Part shown: piece after piece, positions 57,864 through 64,000 of the stretch
Position numbering within the stretch: the first letter of the stretch is position 1
Layout: each line of letters begins with the position of its first letter
Source of the DNA: Thermodesulfobacteriota bacterium
GTDB taxonomy: Bacteria > Desulfobacterota_D > UBA1144 > Nemesobacterales > Nemesobacteraceae
Assembly (NCBI GenBank): GCA_965202785.1
Contig: OZ241855.1
Location: 1,056,001 to 1,120,000 of the forward strand
DNA: 64,000 nt
Reading direction: 5' to 3'
Notes under the pieces: model-generated
The model's database searches: none
Told to the model about the DNA's origin: nothing
What the model saw: the letters and a program-made list of their open reading frames with translations, nothing else
Made by a program: the position numbers and the translations under genes

Positions 57864-58436
57864 ATGGACGCGGAAAAAATATTTTACGGGATAGATGAAG
57901 TAAAAAAGAGAAAGTCCCCCCGCAGGTTTATCCTGATAGCGGTTGTTTTCGCACTCGGTCTTGGGGCCTTTAAATCCGGGTTCTTCCCCGAGCGGTGGTT
58001 CTGGGAGAGCGACGATATTTCCCGAAAACTGATCGTGAGGAACACTGAATCCCGGTGGATAACCACCAAGAAAGGTTATCTTTTTTTCGTTCGCGGGGAG
58101 ATCATGAACGAAAGCGATGTTCCCGTCAGCCACATAAAGCTCAGGAGCAGTTTTCAGGTATCGGGGCGGACCGTTTACGTTCAGGACTTTTACTCGGGCA
58201 ACACCCTTTCGATGCGGGACCTTAGAAACGCCGACACGGATTATCCTTTTCAGAAATTAAGCAGGAAAGGCGGGGACGACCTCTCGGCGCTTACCGGGAC
58301 AGAGGCCTCGGCCAATTTCAACATAAAGCCCGGCAATACTGTTTTCTTCAACACTTTCTACCTTTCCGTGAACAAGATACTTGGTCTTAAGTATCAGATC
58401 GAGATTATGGATTTCGAGGTGATGTCTGAGGGTTAG
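57864..58436 (+). CDS. Membrane-anchored periplasmic protein (DUF3426-like)
   Basis: Basic residues then TM, FVRGEIMNESD; start reassigned to MDAEK. Confidence 0.6.
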   Translation: MDAEKIFYGIDEVKKRKSPRRFILIAVVFALGLGAFKSGFFPERWFWESDDISRKLIVRNTESRWITTKKGYLFFVRGEIMNESDVPVSHIKLRSSFQVSGRTVYVQDFYSGNTLSMRDLRNADTDYPFQKLSRKGGDDLSALTGTEASANFNIKPGNTVFFNTFYLSVNKILGLKYQIEIMDFEVMSEG

Positions 58437-58606
58437 GGGGAGCCGTTCGGGGCTCCGGCCCTGGCAGTGGTCCCGGGTCGGGCAGCATGCGGGATGGCAA
58501 GATCGGCCTGTGGGTTCCGCCTGCCGGCATCTTTCTATTTATTGGTTGTCAGGCCAAGTCGAAATCCCGGTTGCCTTCATCGCCCTCGACACGCTACCTG
58601 GAATTA

Positions 58607-60838
58607 TCATGCGGAATCCTCCCGGTCGACTGTCTTGTCCTGAGGCACACCTTCGTCCGCCTCAGTCTTTAAGTGCTCGGCAAGCATGTATCGATACAAC
58701 TCGATTGCCAATCCCTGTTCGTGTTTCTCCATCCAACTCCGGGCGTTGGGGGTGAGCAGCATTACGGAGCATAATTCGTCTGCAATTACTGTTGCTTCCG
58801 TGTCAGCTGCCGGATTGGACGGCCAGATCACGTCACCTGGGCCGCACTGGCGGAGTCGCAGACCTGCAGAATCGTAGACGGAGGCACGGCCCGATAACAA
58901 TAGCTGCAAGCCTTCGCTTGAGACATCCGGTCCTGCGATGACATCCTCGGCGGCATAATTCCGGGGGGTCAGCCACGGCCTAAGCGTTTCGATGAGGTCC
59001 TCGAAGCGAACCTGCCGCTCCAGATAGCGTTCAAGGTCATCGACGGTGTGTTCCAACAACGAGGCGTGCTGTTGCTCCATCGTGGTCGCATCCGATTTCC
59101 ACGCGGCGATGATGAGATCCTCGCAGCGCTCCAAGCCGTGGTCGGCGTTCGATTCCAGCCACAACTCCGCAAACACCGAAGGAGTGATGTTCCTCTCCAA
59201 ACTGAACTTCAGTTTCTCTGACAGACCGCTCAAAACCACACGCACCCCCGCTGCGTTTGCCCGCTGGACGAATCGGGCCACCACGCTCACCGCCGAAAAG
59301 TCGAACCCGGAAACGTCGGAGAAGTCAATCATTAGACAGGCAGGCTGTGATGGTCCGTCTAGGGCCTTCCTGAGACGGTTGGCTAAGGTACTGACACTGC
59401 CGAAGAAGATGTATCCCTGAAGCTGGTACGCCTGCACCCGGTCGCCCTCCGCTAGAAGGATGGCACGATCGGGGACCGAGCGGGCCTTGTTACTCCGATG
59501 CTCGCGTGCGGTGAAGTCCGATGCGATGGTATTCACCCGGCTGAGACGCACGGCGAAGAACACTAGGGTGGCCACCGCACCGGTGGCCACGCCCTCGAGC
59601 AGGCCGAAAAAGAGGATGACGGCGAAGATCAAAAGAATGATTGCGTATTCCGGCCCGGGTAGGCGTTCTCGGCTCTTCACCAGCCCTTGGTCCAGCATGC
59701 CGAGACCGGCAAAAACCAGCATGCCACCGACAAACGCGGTTGGCACCAGTTCCAGCATTTTGTCGCCAAACAAAAGCGCACCCCCGATGACGCAGGCTGC
59801 GATTACTCCTGTCAGTCTGGTGGTAGCGCGGAAGAGCTTGCTGCGGAGCGATGCTGGAACAATGACGGTCGCCACCGTCCCCCCGCCGAATCCGGCAACG
59901 ATACTAGCGAGGCCTGTCGCCCGGAACTCGCGGTTCCAGTCCAGATCCTCGTCCACGGCAACCTCGAGTCCGGCGACATTCATGATGACGCAGATCAGGG
60001 CAATTAAGATCAGCGTTATCATGTGCGGTATCTGTCCGACGATCGCAGGCCAATCCACGTGTGCGAAGTCGGCCGGCCACAACACCGGCCATAGGCTCCC
60101 CTTTGCTGTGCTGATAAGAAGCAGTCCCTCCGCCCTGGCCTCGGCGCCGGAAATGCCGAGGGCGGAAAGAGCGAGATGGTACGCAGCGATCGCGAGCAAA
60201 ACGCTTGCCGGCAGGATCACGGGATTTCCCCAACGCCTAATGGCTCCATACAGGATCATCCCATAGGCAAGGCCCGGGAGCCATATCCACAGCACAGTCG
60301 GCTCTAGCAACGCCGTCCCCCGCCAATCCAGATTTGCCCCCATCAGGGACAAGGCTGCCAAGCAGACGGCCCCCCCGATCCCGGCCACAAATCCTCCTGC
60401 CACCGGATATGGGATGAAACGCAGCAGGTTGGCAAGCCGGAACCGACCGACCAGAAGACAGCACATCCCCGTCGCCACGGCGCTGATGATCAGCGCGCAC
60501 GCTGTAGTCACAAAAAGCACCTGGGCATCCGCCTTCATCGTGGCCGCGATGGTTGCCATTACGAATACAAGCACAGGAGAGAGCCCTGCGACTGCACCAC
60601 GGTACCCGCCTGTAAGGGCGATGAGCAAGCACGCGGCGAAGTTTCCGAACAGTATCAGGCCGATGCCTTGGGAGGAATACGGAGCCAACGCTCCGGAGAA
60701 TATGAATGTCCCAAAGGCCGCCTGAACTACCAGCAAACCGAGACCCGAGGTGATCCCGGCCGACAGCGTCGGAAGCGACAGCGAGAACGGGGTCCCGTCG
60801 CTACTTCCTCCCGCAAGGCGCCTGAGAGACAATTTCAT
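58607..60838 (-). CDS. SulP family anion transporter with STAS and cNMP-binding-like domains (ORF track start 60868)
   Basis: RFIPYPVAGGF.AGIG, LQGYIFFGS, DFSAV STAS, D.GLERCED. Confidence 0.88.
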   Translation of the reverse strand: MKLSLRRLAGGSSDGTPFSLSLPTLSAGITSGLGLLVVQAAFGTFIFSGALAPYSSQGIGLILFGNFAACLLIALTGGYRGAVAGLSPVLVFVMATIAATMKADAQVLFVTTACALIISAVATGMCCLLVGRFRLANLLRFIPYPVAGGFVAGIGGAVCLAALSLMGANLDWRGTALLEPTVLWIWLPGLAYGMILYGAIRRWGNPVILPASVLLAIAAYHLALSALGISGAEARAEGLLLISTAKGSLWPVLWPADFAHVDWPAIVGQIPHMITLILIALICVIMNVAGLEVAVDEDLDWNREFRATGLASIVAGFGGGTVATVIVPASLRSKLFRATTRLTGVIAACVIGGALLFGDKMLELVPTAFVGGMLVFAGLGMLDQGLVKSRERLPGPEYAIILLIFAVILFFGLLEGVATGAVATLVFFAVRLSRVNTIASDFTAREHRSNKARSVPDRAILLAEGDRVQAYQLQGYIFFGSVSTLANRLRKALDGPSQPACLMIDFSDVSGFDFSAVSVVARFVQRANAAGVRVVLSGLSEKLKFSLERNITPSVFAELWLESNADHGLERCEDLIIAAWKSDATTMEQQHASLLEHTVDDLERYLERQVRFEDLIETLRPWLTPRNYAAEDVIAGPDVSSEGLQLLLSGRASVYDSAGLRLRQCGPGDVIWPSNPAADTEATVIADELCSVMLLTPNARSWMEKHEQGLAIELYRYMLAEHLKTEADEGVPQDKTVDREDSA

Positions 60839-61495
60839 CCTGCGAACCTCTCGCCCTGACAGCGCCAAGGATGGTCGTTGCGGTCCTGCAGCTTGTGGCG
60901 GTTCGCCACCGGCAAGGCCTTGCTAAACCCGATTCTGCATCCCAAGCCCGTATTGTCAAAATATTTTTCTTCGCCTGAAATTGCTTTCTTCATCTCTCAT
61001 GCCTACCTTGGCAAAGACTAAGAGTTAAATTCGAAAGGCGTTGTTTGGCGCTTTGCCGGGAACTTTGAAAGCAGTCCAACAGGAACTGGACCGGTTGTCA
61101 AGTAAAGAGTAAGTTGTGTCAGGAGGATATGAAACGTTCAGTCCTAACGAGCCATCCCCTGCTACACTGCGGGCTCGAGGAAGCGATACAGGGTTTGGAT
61201 GACTTGTAAATTTAAGCCTATCCCCCTCCTTCCTCATTTTACTTTTGGCTAGTTATAGGAGTAATTGCCATTTGAGAACCCGGTGACTCCGTTGGAATCA
61301 GTGCCGTATTGTGTCTGAATCAAGAAAATCCGGCTGTCGGATTGCCATAATACGGCTAATGCAGTGTCGGCCCCGCTCTTATTACGGAAACCAAACCCCC
61401 AAAATCGTCACAGCGCAAATGCATCTTAAATTGCTTTATTAAGCCGTTTTTAGTAAACTATAGCCCCTTTATAGAAATAATCCGGTGGGTAAGCG

Positions 61496-61873
61496 ATGAA
61501 ATCTACACGAATAAAAATAAGCATAAGTCAAGACGGTTCGCTCTCCAAAGAATCCGTCGAGACCGTTGATTTTCAGTTTCCACTCATTCCGAGGAAGCTT
61601 CTGAAATCCATGGGATTTGAAAAAGTGGATGACACGACTTACGTGGGTATCGTGTCAGTTTTTCTGAACCTTCAGGACAAGGAGCAGGAGATAGAGATTG
61701 AACTAGGGGTGGAGGCTTCCGACGCGAGAAAGAAAATCCTGGATCTTTTCTCCAAGGGTTTTCAGAGTATGAGCGGGAGCGAGGCTCCTGATGCTCAAGC
61801 AAAACCAAGACCCGCCCCGAAAACAAGAAAACCGAGGGCAAGGAAGGTTTCCGCCGCGAAGAAGGCCGGCTAG
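61496..61873 (+). CDS. Hypothetical protein with basic Pro/Ala/Lys tail
   Basis: Host-like codon style; ends 5 nt before guaB. Confidence 0.7.
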   Translation: MKSTRIKISISQDGSLSKESVETVDFQFPLIPRKLLKSMGFEKVDDTTYVGIVSVFLNLQDKEQEIEIELGVEASDARKKILDLFSKGFQSMSGSEAPDAQAKPRPAPKTRKPRARKVSAAKKAG

Positions 61874-61878
61874 CTGCT

Positions 61879-63348
61879 ATGCAGGATTTTGTTTTTGAAG
61901 AAGCGCTTACCTTTGACGACGTAATACTATCCCCATGCTACTCCGAAGTTCTGCCGAGCGAAGTTGATGTTTCGGTAAGGCTTACCCGGCGCATAAACCT
62001 TAATATTCCCATACTGAGCGCGGCCATGGATACCGTAACGGAATTCCGCACGTCAATTGCCATGGCACAGGAAGGCGGTATAGGAATAATCCACAGAAAC
62101 CTCTCCATACCGGCACAGGCGGGCGAAGTCGAGAGGGTAAAGAAATACGAAAGCGGAATGATAGTTAATCCACTGACCGTACGTCCCGGAACCCGGGTTA
62201 GCGAAGCCCTAGAGATAATGGTTGAAAACGACATCTCGGGTCTTCCCGTCGTAAAGTCCGATAACACGCTTCACGGAATAATCACTAACAGGGACATAAG
62301 ATTCGAAAAGAACATGGACCTTAAGATCGACAAGGTCATGACTCCCAAAAAGGAGCTTGTTACCGTCAAGGAAGGCACAACTCTTCTTGAAGCCAAGGAA
62401 CTTCTTCACAAGTTCAAGATAGAGAAACTCCCGGTCGTTGATGACAGCTTCAAGCTTCGCGGCCTCATAACCATGAAGGATATAGAGAAGATAGAGAAGT
62501 TTCCCAAGGCATCTAAGGACGCGATGGGAAGGCTTCTCGTGGGAGCCGCGGTCGGGGTTGACAAGCACAGCCAGGAGCGGGTGGACGAACTTGTTGCAGC
62601 AGGTTGTGACGTAATAGTGGTCGATACCGCACACGGACATTCGAAAAGGGTGCTCGACAGCTTGGCCCGTATAAGAAAAAAGTACCCGGATATAGCTCTG
62701 GTGGCCGGCAACATAGCCACCTCCGAAGCGGCCGAGGATCTTATAAAAGTCGGTGCGGATTGTCTCAAAGTGGGGGTCGGTCCCGGATCGATATGCACGA
62801 CGCGCGTGATAGCCGGCATAGGGGTGCCGCAGATAACCGCCATAAGAAAAGTCTGTTCCGTGGCGAAAAAGCACGACATACCCGTAATAGCCGACGGAGG
62901 GATAAAGTACTCGGGGGATATAACAAAGGCACTTGCCGCCGGAGCAGATTCTGTGATGATAGGAAACCTGCTCGCCGGGTCGGACGAAGCCCCTGGGGAG
63001 GTTGTTCTCTATCAGGGGAGAACCTACAAAGTTTACCGCGGCATGGGTTCCATTGAAGCGATGAGGGCCGGGAGCAGGGACCGCTACGCTCAGGATGATG
63101 AGATGATGGAGGCCAAGCTTGTTCCCGAAGGAATAGAGGGAAGGGTTCCTTACAGGGGCAATATAGGGGCCATAATTTACCAGCTTGTCGGGGGACTTCG
63201 CGCGGGAATGGGTTACACCGGTTCCGCGACTCTAAAACAACTTCAGGAAAACGCGAAGTTCGTAAAGATTACCAATGCCGGGCTTCAGGAAAGTCACGTT
63301 CACGATATTGTAATTACCAAGGAATCTCCCAACTACAGGATCGGGTGA
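61879..63348 (+). CDS. guaB: IMP dehydrogenase
   Basis: SAAMDTV, CBS pair, [15 protein letters not shown]. Confidence 0.98.
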   Translation: MQDFVFEEALTFDDVILSPCYSEVLPSEVDVSVRLTRRINLNIPILSAAMDTVTEFRTSIAMAQEGGIGIIHRNLSIPAQAGEVERVKKYESGMIVNPLTVRPGTRVSEALEIMVENDISGLPVVKSDNTLHGIITNRDIRFEKNMDLKIDKVMTPKKELVTVKEGTTLLEAKELLHKFKIEKLPVVDDSFKLRGLITMKDIEKIEKFPKASKDAMGRLLVGAAVGVDKHSQERVDELVAAGCDVIVVDTAHGHSKRVLDSLARIRKKYPDIALVAGNIATSEAAEDLIKVGADCLKVGVGPGSICTTRVIAGIGVPQITAIRKVCSVAKKHDIPVIADGGIKYSGDITKALAAGADSVMIGNLLAGSDEAPGEVVLYQGRTYKVYRGMGSIEAMRAGSRDRYAQDDEMMEAKLVPEGIEGRVPYRGNIGAIIYQLVGGLRAGMGYTGSATLKQLQENAKFVKITNAGLQESHVHDIVITKESPNYRIG

Positions 63349-63444
63349 TAACGGTTTTCTTATCTCGTAAAGTCAGCCTCAGGAAGCGCAGTTTACCTTT
63401 CAGGGTTCTTCGGATTTTATCGCAACGGGGGAGGGGGTCGTAAA

Positions 63445-64000
63445 ATGCGGGAAAAAGTTCTTGTTCTTGATTTCGGTTCCCAGTATACGCAGCTTATCGC
63501 TAGGCGCACGAGGGAACTCGGGGTTTATTCCGAAATAAAACCCTACAACACTGCCACAGACGAAATAAAGAAAGAGCCTCCGGGGGCCATAATACTCTCC
63601 GGGGGGCCCTCAAGCGTCTGGGAGGATGGTTCTCCTAGGGTGGATGGGAAAATACTGTCTTTGGGAATACCGGTTTTGGGTATCTGTTACGGGCTCCAGG
63701 TGCTGGTTTTCCAGCTAGGCGGGGAAGTCGAACGCTCCGAGAAGAGGGAATACGGTCCCGCCGTCTTGAACTCGGTAACGGAAGACCCGCTTTTCTCGGG
63801 CGTGGAGAAGACCTCGGGAGTATGGATGTCTCACGGCGACAGGGTTTTGAGGGTGCCCGAGGGATTTACAGCGATAGCCGATACCGAGAACACGGAGTGC
63901 GCGGCGGTAAGAAACGCGGGCGGAACCATCTACGGGGTGCAATTCCACCCGGAGGTCGTGCATACGGAATTCGGATCCCGGATACTTTCCAATTTCCTTT
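63445..64000 (+). CDS. guaA: GMP synthase, 3'-truncated by window edge
   Basis: Translated by hand: MREKVLVLDFGSQYTQLIARR, LSGGPSSV, GICYGLQ, MSHGD, QFHPEV. Confidence 0.96.
   Translation, partial: MREKVLVLDFGSQYTQLIARRTRELGVYSEIKPYNTATDEIKKEPPGAIILSGGPSSVWEDGSPRVDGKILSLGIPVLGICYGLQVLVFQLGGEVERSEKREYGPAVLNSVTEDPLFSGVEKTSGVWMSHGDRVLRVPEGFTAIADTENTECAAVRNAGGTIYGVQFHPEVVHTEFGSRILSNFL

Noticed and set aside
61121-61237. 26-aa ORF after AGGAGG (61129..61209) and 70-aa minus-strand ORF (61025..61237)
   Set aside because: SD spacing only 2 nt; no recognisable protein features

Overview
Chromosomal 64-kb window from a Gram-negative bacterium. Gene content suggests a deltaproteobacterial-grade lineage such as Dadabacteria/Desulfobacterota, but that is inference only. 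Most of it is housekeeping: tig-clpP-clpX, T2SS gspC-K, glnB-glnA with ntrB/ntrC, rnc, hom, coaD, gyrA, proB, mltG, guaB/guaA and four tRNAs. Accessory parts are an ApbE/FMN-binding/porin/cytochrome c-FTR1 iron locus, a TonB receptor, a ~2070-aa multidomain surface protein, a Phd-PIN toxin-antitoxin pair, a TetR-Rieske oxygenase islet and a SulP transporter. Top finding: a RavA/MoxR-type AAA+ ATPase gene ends just after an A10 run. The -1 frame of that run reads without a stop into the downstream VWA gene, whose ATG lies in a hairpin loop. This points to a recoded locus making both a short ATPase and a ChlD-like AAA-linker-VWA fusion. A homopolymer assembly error must be excluded first. No CRISPR array, integrase or transposase was seen.
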